DNA of 64,000 nucleotides from a virus (IMGVR_UViG_3300037104_000796:98359-162358), one strand, 5' to 3'. Shown: positions 19,855 through 29,415, numbered from the stretch's first letter. Numbers and translations are program-made. Notes: generated by a model not told the origin, from the letters alone.

Positions 19855-20091
19855 TTAATTATTTTTATAAATATTTTCTTGATGTACAAGGAGTGTATTA
19901 TGCGGGCTTTTACCTGTATGAAACTTTAGACACTGAGGACACTTGTAAGCCACCTGTTTGTGTATAAATTTAGGGTTTTGGTTCATTCTTTTGGCCCAGT
20001 TTACGGCTTCCTCGAAGATCGAGAATGTTTTCTTGGGCCGGCCTGTAGCTTTGCTTATGCATTGCCTTACGGGATTAGAACAACTTTGCAT
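19855..20091 (-). CDS. Small Zn-binding phage protein
   Basis: K..F..EEA and AYKCPQCLKFHT. Confidence 0.65.
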   Translation of the reverse strand: MQSCSNPVRQCISKATGRPKKTFSIFEEAVNWAKRMNQNPKFIHKQVAYKCPQCLKFHTGKSPHNTLLVHQENIYKNN

Positions 20092-20092
20092 A

Positions 20093-20842
20093 TTATTTTT
20101 CGTTTCTAATTGCTTCTATTAACATTTCTCTTGTTTTTGTTTCGTAGTGTGTTACTACGAATCTATCTGCAAATAACATTCGTTGTTCTGACGTGAATTT
20201 GTAGTTAAATTCAGTTTCATATTCTTGCATATAAATTTCAGGAGTAATAGATGTACCGGCGTTCTGGAATTTTTTTATTCTTTGATTAAATGATGCTGTT
20301 GTCATTAATGTACATGCAAATTTTAAAAGATATTTCTGCATATCTTCATAAGTATTAATTTTTTTAGTGTATACAAGATATGCTCCATTTACGCCTATAT
20401 CAGTTCTTCCTCCAAAATGGTCGGCTGTTTTAGCCCCATGAGGAATAGGGATATTAAGTATACTATTTATTGAATATTCTTTTGTATCTGATATATCATA
20501 AGGATAATGACGTATATCATAAAATATGCCGCTTAGGATTTGCTTAATAGTACGTCCTTTGGCAATATTATCTCGTATTTGATCAATTGAAGAATTCAAA
20601 TTTATAAGAATTTTCTCGTGTTGCATTTGAGTAATAATTTTTTTATCCTCAACTTTTATATCGTCAGCTTCTTTTTTAGCTGCAGCTTTATTGAGTTTAT
20701 TCTGAGCCCATACTTCTTTTTGTGCTATCCAAGCTTTTGCTTTTTCAGCTTTTTTAGCATCTCGTTTTTCTTTATCAATCCTACGTATTTCTTTACGTTG
20801 TGCAACTTCTAATTTGTGTAATTCCCTTTCACTTTTAGTCAT
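20093..20842 (-). CDS. Hypothetical protein with Lys-rich coiled N-terminus
   Basis: ORF downstream of an early-type promoter. Confidence 0.65.
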   Translation of the reverse strand: MTKSERELHKLEVAQRKEIRRIDKEKRDAKKAEKAKAWIAQKEVWAQNKLNKAAAKKEADDIKVEDKKIITQMQHEKILINLNSSIDQIRDNIAKGRTIKQILSGIFYDIRHYPYDISDTKEYSINSILNIPIPHGAKTADHFGGRTDIGVNGAYLVYTKKINTYEDMQKYLLKFACTLMTTASFNQRIKKFQNAGTSITPEIYMQEYETEFNYKFTSEQRMLFADRFVVTHYETKTREMLIEAIRNEK

Positions 20843-20880
20843 TTTCTTTAGTTTTAAATGATTTAATTACTATTACAATA

Positions 20881-20920
20881 CAAATATAATCATTTTTCTG
20901 ATATAAAAAAATATTTATGC
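20881..20920 (-). promoter_or_regulatory. Early-type promoter with perfect TATATTTG box
   Basis: caaatataat...ctgatataaaaaaatattt. Confidence 0.7.
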
Positions 20921-20932
20921 CATTATTTTCAT

Positions 20933-21364
20933 TTATTTACGTAACGGGCTTATTAATTTATGCGGTCTGATGGTATTTTTTAACGTAGTTTTTATCAATG
21001 CATCTATCTCGGGAATATGAGCGAGTATAACATTAAAGAACTTAGTTGCATATTCACCAAAATCCTCAGCATATAATTGTCTATCGATCGGGTAGCCAAT
21101 AACTTCATCCATCCTATCCGTTAAGATATCTGCCAAATAATCATGAACTTTCATTGTGCATTCATTTACATTATAAGTATCTTCATGTCTTGGAGTTCCT
21201 TCACACAAAATGAAATTGCATAAAGCTGTTGAAATACCTATATGAATATCAGCTCTTTCAGAACCATCAAATCTTCCTTTAGAGTTACACATCATATATC
21301 TGATGCAATAAAAGTCCAAAAGATAATGGAGCATCCAGATTTCTCTCTTTGTTAAATTTTTCAT
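20933..21364 (-). CDS. Hypothetical protein (likely start MKNLTK)
   Basis: Start placed downstream of the early-type promoter at 21384. Confidence 0.6.
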   Translation of the reverse strand: MKNLTKREIWMLHYLLDFYCIRYMMCNSKGRFDGSERADIHIGISTALCNFILCEGTPRHEDTYNVNECTMKVHDYLADILTDRMDEVIGYPIDRQLYAEDFGEYATKFFNVILAHIPEIDALIKTTLKNTIRPHKLISPLRK

Positions 21365-21383
21365 GATAATTTTAATTCTATAG

Positions 21384-21423
21384 CAAATATAACAAAAATA
21401 CTTGACAAATAAAAATATTTTGG
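21384..21423 (-). promoter_or_regulatory. Early-type promoter with perfect TATATTTG box
   Basis: caaatataac...cttgacaaataaaaatattt. Confidence 0.7.
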
Positions 21424-21461
21424 CCGTTATTTTATGAATATATACAAAAAGAAGCATTTTT

Positions 21462-21914
21462 ATGCATGCACGACTTATAAATGAGAAATTTACTGAACAA
21501 TCTGATCCCATTCAGGATATGGGTTTGGGTTTGAAAAACAATCCTAAAATTCTTTTGCCTATGGTTATTAAAAAGCTAAAGGAATTTGGAATTAATGCCG
21601 AAGTCAAAAAATCTTTTGAATTTGGTAATGGCCACTACGAAATTTACGTAAATGGAAATTCCGATGATGAAGTTTTGGAGGTTCAATATTTTTATTCTAC
21701 TGATAAAGCTGCTCATGAAGAAGGTTGGAAAGGTGGATTCGCATTATCTGATGATGGTGGAGCTGATTTATGTAAAGTTTCGCATGATCCAATGGTGTCT
21801 ATAAAAGTTTTACTGAAAAGAAAATATGGAACTAAAGCAAAAATTGCAAAATATATTGACAAAGCTGAAAAGAAAATAGCATTTTTAAAAGAAGTAGAAA
21901 AAATAATAGATTAA
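21462..21914 (+). CDS. DPxxDMGIG-leader family protein (dispersed copy)
   Basis: MHARLINE-KFTEQSDPIQDMGLG; AATATATA box at 21437. Confidence 0.65.
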   Translation: MHARLINEKFTEQSDPIQDMGLGLKNNPKILLPMVIKKLKEFGINAEVKKSFEFGNGHYEIYVNGNSDDEVLEVQYFYSTDKAAHEEGWKGGFALSDDGGADLCKVSHDPMVSIKVLLKRKYGTKAKIAKYIDKAEKKIAFLKEVEKIID

Positions 21915-21917
21915 GAT

Positions 21918-22310
21918 ATGATACTCCCAGGAAACGAATCAAAAACACTCCCTATAATTATCTATGAAGAAATGAGGGGAACAATAGTAATAAAAGGTAG
22001 ATCAATTTCTCCAGAAGTAGAAAGTTATTTCGCTGATTTTACGCCTTATCTAGATGAATGCGTATCAAAAAATCCCATGGATTTGAAAATAGATATTGAT
22101 CTCGAGTATTTCAATACCAAAACTGCTAAAATCATGATTAAAATGCTTGACACACTTAAAAAAGTAGTAGAGACAGGTTTTAAAGTTGATGTAACGTGGT
22201 TTTACGAAGCAGATGATGAAGATATGTATGACGCAGGATTAGATTATGAAGAACTATCAAAATTAAAATTCAATTTTGTTGAAAAACCAAGCACAGAAAA
22301 ACCCGATTAA
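21918..22310 (+). CDS. SiaC/DUF1987 family regulatory protein
   Basis: IKGRSISPE, LEYFNTKTAK and VTWFYEADDEDMYDAGLDY motifs. Confidence 0.85.
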   Translation: MILPGNESKTLPIIIYEEMRGTIVIKGRSISPEVESYFADFTPYLDECVSKNPMDLKIDIDLEYFNTKTAKIMIKMLDTLKKVVETGFKVDVTWFYEADDEDMYDAGLDYEELSKLKFNFVEKPSTEKPD

Positions 22311-22321
22311 CTCGGGTTTTT
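22297..22321. terminator. Bidirectional terminator between convergent genes
   Basis: aaaaacccga-ttaac-tcgggttttt. Confidence 0.75.
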
Positions 22322-22324
22322 GTT

Positions 22325-22600
22325 TTATTCTGCATCTATATTTTGTGCATATTCAAAATTCATGAAATATTCTCGCTTATCAAGCAATTGATTTAGAATG
22401 TTATGATCTTCTATTCCAAACTGAGACATAAAATAATCATAAAGATCGCCATCTGTACTATTTTCATCATTTTCTAATGAAGATACTATATTGTACCAAG
22501 GCAAGCTTGGATTTTTTGTTGTTATGTCTTCATACCAAGCAACAAATTCGTCTACTGTCATTCGTGGGTACATACTTTCATTTACTAATTTTGCTTTCAT
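22325..22600 (-). CDS. Acidic small protein with LxE-type N-terminus
   Basis: MKAKLVNE-SMYP; AATATATA box at 22621. Confidence 0.6.
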   Translation of the reverse strand: MKAKLVNESMYPRMTVDEFVAWYEDITTKNPSLPWYNIVSSLENDENSTDGDLYDYFMSQFGIEDHNILNQLLDKREYFMNFEYAQNIDAE

Positions 22601-22616
22601 AATGTGTAAGTTTCTT

Positions 22617-23480
22617 TTAGTATATATTCACCTTTATAAATTCTTTAAACATCTTTACACTAAGATATTGAGTCGTGGTTGAGCGAGATTTTATTTCTTC
22701 ATAGTGTTTATCACGAAACGTTGAGAGAAATTTCTCGAATTTTGGGCGTAACTTTTCATCAAGAAGATTAACACCTAAGCTAACTTCAAATTGAGGCTCT
22801 TTTGAAACGTTGCCAACTGCATATCCATAAGCAGCAATGTAATACTGCCAGTGTTCATCAATCATACGTGAAAGATGATACTCTTTGATCGAAAAGTCTT
22901 TATCGATTCTTGCATCAGTTGTGTCATAACTGTTTCTTGGTGAGATGCTTTGATACACGTTAACACAAGTTTTGACTTTTTGTGAAAGTCCTCCACGATC
23001 TTTAGCTCCAGTGAATGTGATCTTTCCAAGCTGATCACTCTTAATCAGTTGAAGTGTTGGAACAGGATGCTTAACGTTGTAGAAGTACACAGGAGAGATG
23101 AAAACGACGTAATCTCCAAGTTCTGAAGCTTTCTTAGCGAAAGCAAGCCAGAGCTTACTGCCAGTGCCGTAAGGAGGTCCGGTGATAATGAGACGACCAC
23201 GTTTGTAGGTCATCGGATTGTTATGAAGAAAGTCTTGCTTTTTAATTTTGGGATCGTCGGGATCAAGATCGTAATAGTGTACAGGAATGTTCAATTCGTG
23301 TGAGAGTTTGTCAAGATAGGGCCCGAATGCTAGATCACCTGCTGCGGGTTCTACGATGTCTGTAAGTTTATCAAGAGGGATATACTGACGTACCATTTCG
23401 AACACATGATCAAGAAGCTCAGGTGGAGCATAGTATTTGTCCATTGTGTTAACTGCTTCGAATACAAATTGAGCTTTCAT
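22617..23480 (-). CDS. Amino (N6A/N4C) DNA methyltransferase-like protein with MKAQFVFE tag
   Basis: YYAPPE, EPAAG (motif I), QDFL, ITGPPYG (NPPY variant); elevated GC. Confidence 0.75.
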   Translation of the reverse strand: MKAQFVFEAVNTMDKYYAPPELLDHVFEMVRQYIPLDKLTDIVEPAAGDLAFGPYLDKLSHELNIPVHYYDLDPDDPKIKKQDFLHNNPMTYKRGRLIITGPPYGTGSKLWLAFAKKASELGDYVVFISPVYFYNVKHPVPTLQLIKSDQLGKITFTGAKDRGGLSQKVKTCVNVYQSISPRNSYDTTDARIDKDFSIKEYHLSRMIDEHWQYYIAAYGYAVGNVSKEPQFEVSLGVNLLDEKLRPKFEKFLSTFRDKHYEEIKSRSTTTQYLSVKMFKEFIKVNIY

Positions 23481-23586
23481 ACAAGGTTTGTTTTATTTAT
23501 CTTTAACTTTACATTAACTATTTTAACAAAACCCTAACACTCAAGTTCATATAACTTAAGTACTTAAGCAACTCGGAATGTATACT

Positions 23587-24093
23587 CTATACTGTGTATC
23601 TCTTTACAAAATTTCCCAAATAACTTTGATTTTCCCTCAAATATTGTTCGATAAAGAAATATCTACTTGAGTTTCCCTCTTCTTCAGATACTCTTAATAT
23701 GGGTTTATTAACATTCAAACATTCACGAAATCTATCTGTATTGATAAAAATCAATTCTGAAGGATTATCCGGAATATTGAAGATGATGAACATTGATTTT
23801 GAATCATCTAATGTATTTTTGAGATTATTGTCGTATAAAGTAAAAGATTTTGCCCACTTTACATCAATCGCAATACTTTCAATAATTCTTCCTTCACTAT
23901 TTCGAAAAGGCTTGCTGCCTTCTTTAAAAGTTATTATGTAGTCAAATTTTTCTTTCATATCCTGATAACGTGAAGCTGGCATAACTTCTACTTCGTATCC
24001 TTGAGATTGAAAAAGTCTTCTAACTTTATGAGCTATAAACGGTTGTTGTCGAATACCATCTCGTTTATGCTGGTTGCTTCCATACATATTCAT
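23587..24093 (-). CDS. Putative PD-(D/E)xK nuclease
   Basis: QDMKEKFDYII...IAIDVK. Confidence 0.5.
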   Translation of the reverse strand: MNMYGSNQHKRDGIRQQPFIAHKVRRLFQSQGYEVEVMPASRYQDMKEKFDYIITFKEGSKPFRNSEGRIIESIAIDVKWAKSFTLYDNNLKNTLDDSKSMFIIFNIPDNPSELIFINTDRFRECLNVNKPILRVSEEEGNSSRYFFIEQYLRENQSYLGNFVKRYTV

Positions 24094-24365
24094 TTTTTTC
24101 GTAATTTAGGTGATGCCGGCATACCTGCAGCCGACAAATATATTTCCGTCAGGAACTTTTGCATGTTAGCCAATTGGTATATATTGCCTGCAGTTAATGT
24201 GTACTGGAATGCCTTCTCTTTAGACACGGATGTATCTGGATTGTAAAGGATACGTTTCAATTCATGCTTCAATTGTTCAAGACTATACTTATTAATGTTG
24301 ATAATAATAGGTTCCAATTGTTTACCTACTGCCATGCTACTTTCAATTCGTGTTAAATCTCTCAT
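24090..24365 (-). CDS. Hypothetical protein
   Basis: ORF downstream of a promoter-like element. Confidence 0.6.
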   Translation of the reverse strand: MRDLTRIESSMAVGKQLEPIIININKYSLEQLKHELKRILYNPDTSVSKEKAFQYTLTAGNIYQLANMQKFLTEIYLSAAGMPASPKLRKK

Positions 24366-24410
24366 AATACATATTTTATGTTACATATTTATTGTAAATA
24401 TAACAACAAA

Positions 24411-24437
24411 AACCCAATAAGAAAAACTTATTGGGTT
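24411..24437 (-). terminator. Terminator hairpin adjoining an early-type TTATATTTA box
   Basis: aacccaataag-aaaaa-cttattgggtt. Confidence 0.65.
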
Positions 24438-24455
24438 AAATGTTTGTTAATTTAT

Positions 24456-25436
24456 TTAGTTGAGCGTAATATCTATTTGATGAACTGTAACGTTAACATC
24501 TGCGGAAGTAATAGTTTGGCTATCATACCATCCTAATTTCGTTGTATGCAATGTTATTTTTGATGCTTTACCTGGCATACCAAATTCGGATGCTGGAACA
24601 GTAAGTGTAATTACACTACCATTAACACCGGGAGAAGATGATGAAGGAGCTTCTGTAATAGTTATAACAACCTCACCAAAAACTTTCTTATCAGTACCAA
24701 AATAAAGAGGAAGGTCTCCTGTATTATTAGGAACTGTTACAGTTGTTGATACTGCAGCACCATATAATATGTCAGAAAAATCAAGAGCACCAGTTACACC
24801 AGTTGTGTTTGGGCCGGTTGCAGTTGATAATGTGCTTAATTCAGTTCCAGCAATATTGACAGGTTTTAAATCAAATTTTACAGTAATTGTAAGATTTGCA
24901 CCGGGGAGTTTTGTTAATGCTTCAGTATTAATTGTGAAGAAATCACCAAGTCTTTTACCAACAACTGTTAAAGGAAAATGTGCCTGTGTTGGATTAAAAT
25001 CAAGAACGCCAAGATAATTGATGCGACCATCACTATCTTTTGTTTCCATAACTAATCTTACAGGTTCTGCCGGGGTTAAGTTAGAATAAACAGCCTGATT
25101 AGCTCCAAATACAATAGGGTTATTGCTTGGCGTGCTCCACCAAATATTAGCAGCAGAACCATTAAGAAATTCCAAACCTTTTACAAGAGCAAAAGCTTGA
25201 TTGCCATAAAATGGAGAATTAATAGCATACATAATCCAATTACGTGTAACGGCTGCGGGAGCTTCAAATGGTCCGAGAGATTTAGAGATGCTTACGTTCG
25301 CGTCTTGAGCAAGAAATGAACCATTAACTGTTCCAACATATTGTGTTGATGGATTAAGGTCAGTTTTCTTGCAATTAGTTAGTCCTACCAACATAACTGT
25401 TGCGATTAAAATAAAAAGAAATTTAATGTTTTTCAT
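24456..25436 (-). CDS. Beta-rich lipoprotein
   Basis: LTNC-KK lipobox. Confidence 0.7.
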   Translation of the reverse strand: MKNIKFLFILIATVMLVGLTNCKKTDLNPSTQYVGTVNGSFLAQDANVSISKSLGPFEAPAAVTRNWIMYAINSPFYGNQAFALVKGLEFLNGSAANIWWSTPSNNPIVFGANQAVYSNLTPAEPVRLVMETKDSDGRINYLGVLDFNPTQAHFPLTVVGKRLGDFFTINTEALTKLPGANLTITVKFDLKPVNIAGTELSTLSTATGPNTTGVTGALDFSDILYGAAVSTTVTVPNNTGDLPLYFGTDKKVFGEVVITITEAPSSSSPGVNGSVITLTVPASEFGMPGKASKITLHTTKLGWYDSQTITSADVNVTVHQIDITLN

Positions 25437-25480
25437 GTTTGTGATTTTTTGTTAATAATGTTAATATTTAAATGTAATAG

Positions 25481-25523
25481 TAAATATAACAATAAAACTC
25501 GACAAATAAAAATCTGTCGAGTT
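25481..25523 (-). promoter_or_regulatory. Early-type promoter overlapping a hairpin
   Basis: taaatataac...aactcgacaaataaaaatctgtcgagtt. Confidence 0.65.
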
Positions 25524-25542
25524 AAATGTTTGTTAAAGTATG

Positions 25543-26055
25543 TTATTTTTTAACTGTTGCTGATGTAGTTGAAATTACACTACCTAAAGCTGACTCAAGA
25601 CCTTTTTTATCTATAGGAGTATCATATGTAAGAGTTACAACATTGTTTGTGTTTTCAACAATAGTAGTAAATCCTGAAATATAATATCGTGGGTCCTCGA
25701 TCTTATATTGAATTATTATAGGATCATTAGATGGCAAAACTTTAAGAGATATTTTGATTTTAGTAATGCTTGCATCCACTACAGTTTTAGCTGTTATTCC
25801 TCCGGCAGGGGCAATTTTATCAAATTTATCGGTTCTCACTATTGACGAACCAACATAGCAATCAACCCAAACTTCATATACTGAATTATCAAGGAGTGGG
25901 TCACCACCTTGATTAGGAACTAAAGGCATGTTGTTGGCAATTTGATATGTTGTAGTTGTAACTTTTTCTTTGCCTCCACAGGAATTTAATCCGATAGTCA
26001 TAATTATTACTGCAAATATTGCAAGTAATGTTCTCAAAAATGTTAATTTTTTCAT
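25543..26055 (-). CDS. Lipoprotein
   Basis: LNSC-GG lipobox. Confidence 0.7.
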   Translation of the reverse strand: MKKLTFLRTLLAIFAVIIMTIGLNSCGGKEKVTTTTYQIANNMPLVPNQGGDPLLDNSVYEVWVDCYVGSSIVRTDKFDKIAPAGGITAKTVVDASITKIKISLKVLPSNDPIIIQYKIEDPRYYISGFTTIVENTNNVVTLTYDTPIDKKGLESALGSVISTTSATVKK

Positions 26056-26094
26056 TTAATTTGTTTTGTTTTTAGATTTGTAATTGATTTATTT

Positions 26095-26970
26095 TTATTT
26101 TACGTCGTAACTTTCAGGAAGTCCGAGTTTTTCTTTTAATTTTTTGTTATAAGCCTGTGCATCTTTATTAGCCACATCAGGAGAGTAATAATGAGCTGGT
26201 TTCTTTTTATCAGAATTCATTATCATCATATATGATACTGTTCCTGCAGCTATACATCCTGTGAGAACACCTATTTCAAATCCACCTGCTGTAGTTCCTG
26301 CTTGGTGTAAGAATGGTTTCTTAACAAGCATATCTGCTATTAATGTACCACCTATAAGTAAACTACCTAAAAATACGCCTGCTCCAATATTTGTCATTTT
26401 TGTTATTCTAGCATTATCAGCAGCATTTCTTTGTAATATTGGCTGATTTCCTGCTAAAGTAGCTAAACTCATTTCACTTATTTCTTTAACACCACCTTGA
26501 ATAATCTTAAAATCAGATACTTGGTTTGTAACAGTATTAGAACTACTATAACCGTAATATCCGTAATAACCTGGGTACATTGAGCTTTTTCCTGTAGTTG
26601 TGCTTACATTTTTGGTTGAGAAAACAACTTCTAGTTTAGAGTTATTATATTCTTGACGTTGAGGAGTTTTTGCTTCCATCACTTTTTCTTGTACCTGACC
26701 AGTATTTTTAATAAGAACTGTAGTTGTTTCTCCAGCTTTTATTTCTACTAAGTCACCATATACACTTACAGTTCCAAGAAGTACTTTAAGATAATGACTT
26801 CCAACTGGTACAGCTTTGATTTCTTTCACATCTGTTCCTTGTTTTGCATCATCAAGATATACAGAGATTCCGGTCAATTCAGAAAAGACTTTAAGCGTGC
26901 CGGTTTTCGTCTGACTGAACAGAGAAAGACTTAAAATCATTAATAATAAAATACTTGCTAATTTTTTCAT
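26095..26970 (-). CDS. Secreted/membrane protein with PEGA-like N-terminal domain and two C-terminal TMs
   Basis: Signal peptide MKKLASILL; TGTLKVFSE...VYLDD...VGSHYLK; paralog of 26999. Confidence 0.7.
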   Translation of the reverse strand: MKKLASILLLMILSLSLFSQTKTGTLKVFSELTGISVYLDDAKQGTDVKEIKAVPVGSHYLKVLLGTVSVYGDLVEIKAGETTTVLIKNTGQVQEKVMEAKTPQRQEYNNSKLEVVFSTKNVSTTTGKSSMYPGYYGYYGYSSSNTVTNQVSDFKIIQGGVKEISEMSLATLAGNQPILQRNAADNARITKMTNIGAGVFLGSLLIGGTLIADMLVKKPFLHQAGTTAGGFEIGVLTGCIAAGTVSYMMIMNSDKKKPAHYYSPDVANKDAQAYNKKLKEKLGLPESYDVK

Positions 26971-26998
26971 TTGTTTAATTTGTTTAATTTGTTTGTTT

Positions 26999-28018
26999 TT
27001 AATATTGATAATTGTTAATTTTGATTTTTTTGTCATGTGCTTCCTTTAATAAAGGCGCATATTCATATCCGACTCCTACTACCATAGCTTTTGTATATGC
27101 TATCATTAAAGTTGCTACGTTTCCATTTGGAATTATCCAAGCTGTTTTTATAGTAGCTTGATGTTTTTTTATTGCTTCAACTTCACGTCCATCACCATCT
27201 TTATAGCCTCCAGTAAAATCTCTTTGAATTGTTGTAGGTTGTCCGTAAGTGGATAATAACGTTTCATTTATTTCATTATAGTCGGATACTGGTATGCTAA
27301 GTTTATCAACTTTTTGTTGAACTAAATCTATAGCAACATATCCTACGATAATATTGAATAATTTGTCATCGAGTAATCGAATTTCAAGAAAAAATGGTTT
27401 CTGAGTATTGTTATCCATAGAAAAGGTTATAAATCCCTTTCCTTGACCAATGTATACACCACCAAGTTGATTAATTATGAGATTACTAGCAGTGACTCTA
27501 TCCATTCCCCAAGCTAATCCGAAAATACCATCCATATCAGGAGATAATTTTCCATCTACTTGCCCTATATTAATGACTTGACCAATATCAGTCAACAGTT
27601 CTTCTTTAGGCACATATGAATCAGGTTCGTCAGTAGGTGGATCAATCTTAATAGAATTAGAATTAGGATTATAAGTAACCACTCCTGTATTTTCCTCTTG
27701 TTTTGCAATTGGCTTTACAATTGGTTTTTCACCCGTTTTGTTACTAACTCCTTTAATAAGAACAGTAGTAACTTCACCAATTTTTATTTCAACGATTTCA
27801 CCATAAATAGCAGTACCATTTGATAAAGCTTTAAGATAATGGCTTCCAACTATAACATTGGTTATTACTTTTGTGCCATCTTCCTGTTTTACTTCATCAA
27901 GATATAAAACAGTGCCGGGCACTTCGGTAAAAATTTTAAGTGTGCCCGTTTTGGCCTGGCCAAATAAGACAGACACACTTAATAATACCAATGCCAAAAA
28001 ACATAACGTTTTCTTCAT
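26999..28018 (-). CDS. Secreted protein with PEGA-like N-terminal domain
   Basis: Signal peptide; KTGTLKIFTE...LYLDE...VGSHYLK; FGLAWGM motif. Confidence 0.7.
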   Translation of the reverse strand: MKKTLCFLALVLLSVSVLFGQAKTGTLKIFTEVPGTVLYLDEVKQEDGTKVITNVIVGSHYLKALSNGTAIYGEIVEIKIGEVTTVLIKGVSNKTGEKPIVKPIAKQEENTGVVTYNPNSNSIKIDPPTDEPDSYVPKEELLTDIGQVINIGQVDGKLSPDMDGIFGLAWGMDRVTASNLIINQLGGVYIGQGKGFITFSMDNNTQKPFFLEIRLLDDKLFNIIVGYVAIDLVQQKVDKLSIPVSDYNEINETLLSTYGQPTTIQRDFTGGYKDGDGREVEAIKKHQATIKTAWIIPNGNVATLMIAYTKAMVVGVGYEYAPLLKEAHDKKIKINNYQY

Positions 28019-28037
28019 TTGTGTTTGTTTTTAAAAA

Positions 28038-28394
28038 TTAATTACATTTTGAACATGAAGAATAACCACCTGCATGACATGCATCAGCAGATGAAAAACA
28101 TTTATTACCACCTCTCCAAGGTGTACTACCACTGCAACCATTATTGCAACCAGTGCCACCGCCGCCACCGCCGCCAGCACAACAGTATACGCCGGCAGCG
28201 CCTGAACTACAGCCAGAACCTCCGCTATGTGATGGAGAACCACCACCCGGACAAGAATAACAACTGCCATCGTTACCAGCTAATTCGCCAGTGCCGCAAA
28301 CAGGTTCGCATCCAACAAGACCCCAAATAGTAAAAGCTGATAATATCAGTCCTAAACTAAATGTTACTAAAATTTTTAATAATTTTGTTTTCAT
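28038..28394 (-). CDS. Gly/Cys-rich lipopeptide (12 Cys after the lipobox Cys)
   Basis: LVGC lipobox, 13 Cys in total, poly-Gly. Confidence 0.7.
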   Translation of the reverse strand: MKTKLLKILVTFSLGLILSAFTIWGLVGCEPVCGTGELAGNDGSCYSCPGGGSPSHSGGSGCSSGAAGVYCCAGGGGGGGTGCNNGCSGSTPWRGGNKCFSSADACHAGGYSSCSKCN

Positions 28395-28426
28395 TTTTTT
28401 GATTTGTTTAATTTATTTTTGTTTAT

Positions 28427-29386
28427 TTATTTATTGTTTATATTTGCTATTACGCTTTCGAATACGAAAGGAGATGAGAGTTGTCCAGATGCAACTATTT
28501 TTATTGTATCATGTTCCACATAGAATGCAGTTGGATAAGTGAATGTTAGTTTATCCATTGCATTAGAACTTAATATAGTGACAGGAAAATCCTGTTTAAA
28601 TTTATCTTCAAAAATAAGTCTATCTTTATCATTTCCTACTGTTAATATTATAACACTGTCAACAACATTAGTTTTAATGAAACTCCTTAAATTTTCAATT
28701 GAGTTCCAACAATAAGGACATGTGTATGAAAAACAGAAAATTAAATATGTACTATCTTTTGATGTTTGAACATATTTATTGAATTCTGTGTTTTTGATAT
28801 TTTGGTTTTTCATTTTCATTTCTGGTTCTTCAACATTGATAAACCTGGTTGTTTGTGCAAATAATGGAGAAGAAGTTGTCTTACCTGATATAAAAGTAAA
28901 AATAATCAAAGACGATATAAGTATATATTTTTTCCAACTTGGAGTAATTCTACATCTCAGAGTTTTAGGATATAATTGCCATACACTCAATGACATTATT
29001 ATCAATATAACATTGCGAATAAATGAAAATAAAGGTGGAAAGTTTGTGTTTTTGATAGCCCCAAAACATCCACAATCATTAATTCCATGTGCAAAGTGTG
29101 CATAAGCAAATAATGCGGTAAACACTACCAACATACCGAGTGAAATTATTGAATCTCTTTCAGGATTAACTAATAAAAGTAATGAGAATCCTAATAGTAT
29201 TTCAAATAAAATAATTACGGGAGCTAATGGAGCAAATAATCCCAATCCATATTGTCCGATAAGAGCAGTAAATGCAGCTACATCAATAGCCTTTCCGATT
29301 CCTGAAAAAATGAATATCGCTCCAATCATGATTGAAATAACATTCAAAGTTTTCTTATCAAAAATACTTTTAAGAAATGTGTTCAT
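28427..29386 (-). CDS. MauE/DoxX membrane protein fused to a thioredoxin-like domain
   Basis: FSGIGK, EILLG, DCGCFG, RN motifs; C-terminal CPYC. Confidence 0.85.
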   Translation of the reverse strand: MNTFLKSIFDKKTLNVISIMIGAIFIFSGIGKAIDVAAFTALIGQYGLGLFAPLAPVIILFEILLGFSLLLLVNPERDSIISLGMLVVFTALFAYAHFAHGINDCGCFGAIKNTNFPPLFSFIRNVILIIMSLSVWQLYPKTLRCRITPSWKKYILISSLIIFTFISGKTTSSPLFAQTTRFINVEEPEMKMKNQNIKNTEFNKYVQTSKDSTYLIFCFSYTCPYCWNSIENLRSFIKTNVVDSVIILTVGNDKDRLIFEDKFKQDFPVTILSSNAMDKLTFTYPTAFYVEHDTIKIVASGQLSSPFVFESVIANINNK

Positions 29387-29415
29387 TTGTATGTATTTAA
29401 TGTAATTTAATGTAA

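Noticed and set aside
22617-24093. Canonical type II restriction-modification operon
   Set aside because: The nuclease call is weak, the genes are separated by about 100 nt with a separate late-type box, and their GC content differs. Kept only as a tentative pairing.
28019-28330. His/Arg-rich plus-strand ORF and Val/Ala-rich minus-strand ORF at 28031-28270
   Set aside because: They are alternative frames of the GC-rich Gly/Cys lipopeptide gene, which has the signal peptide and proper start.
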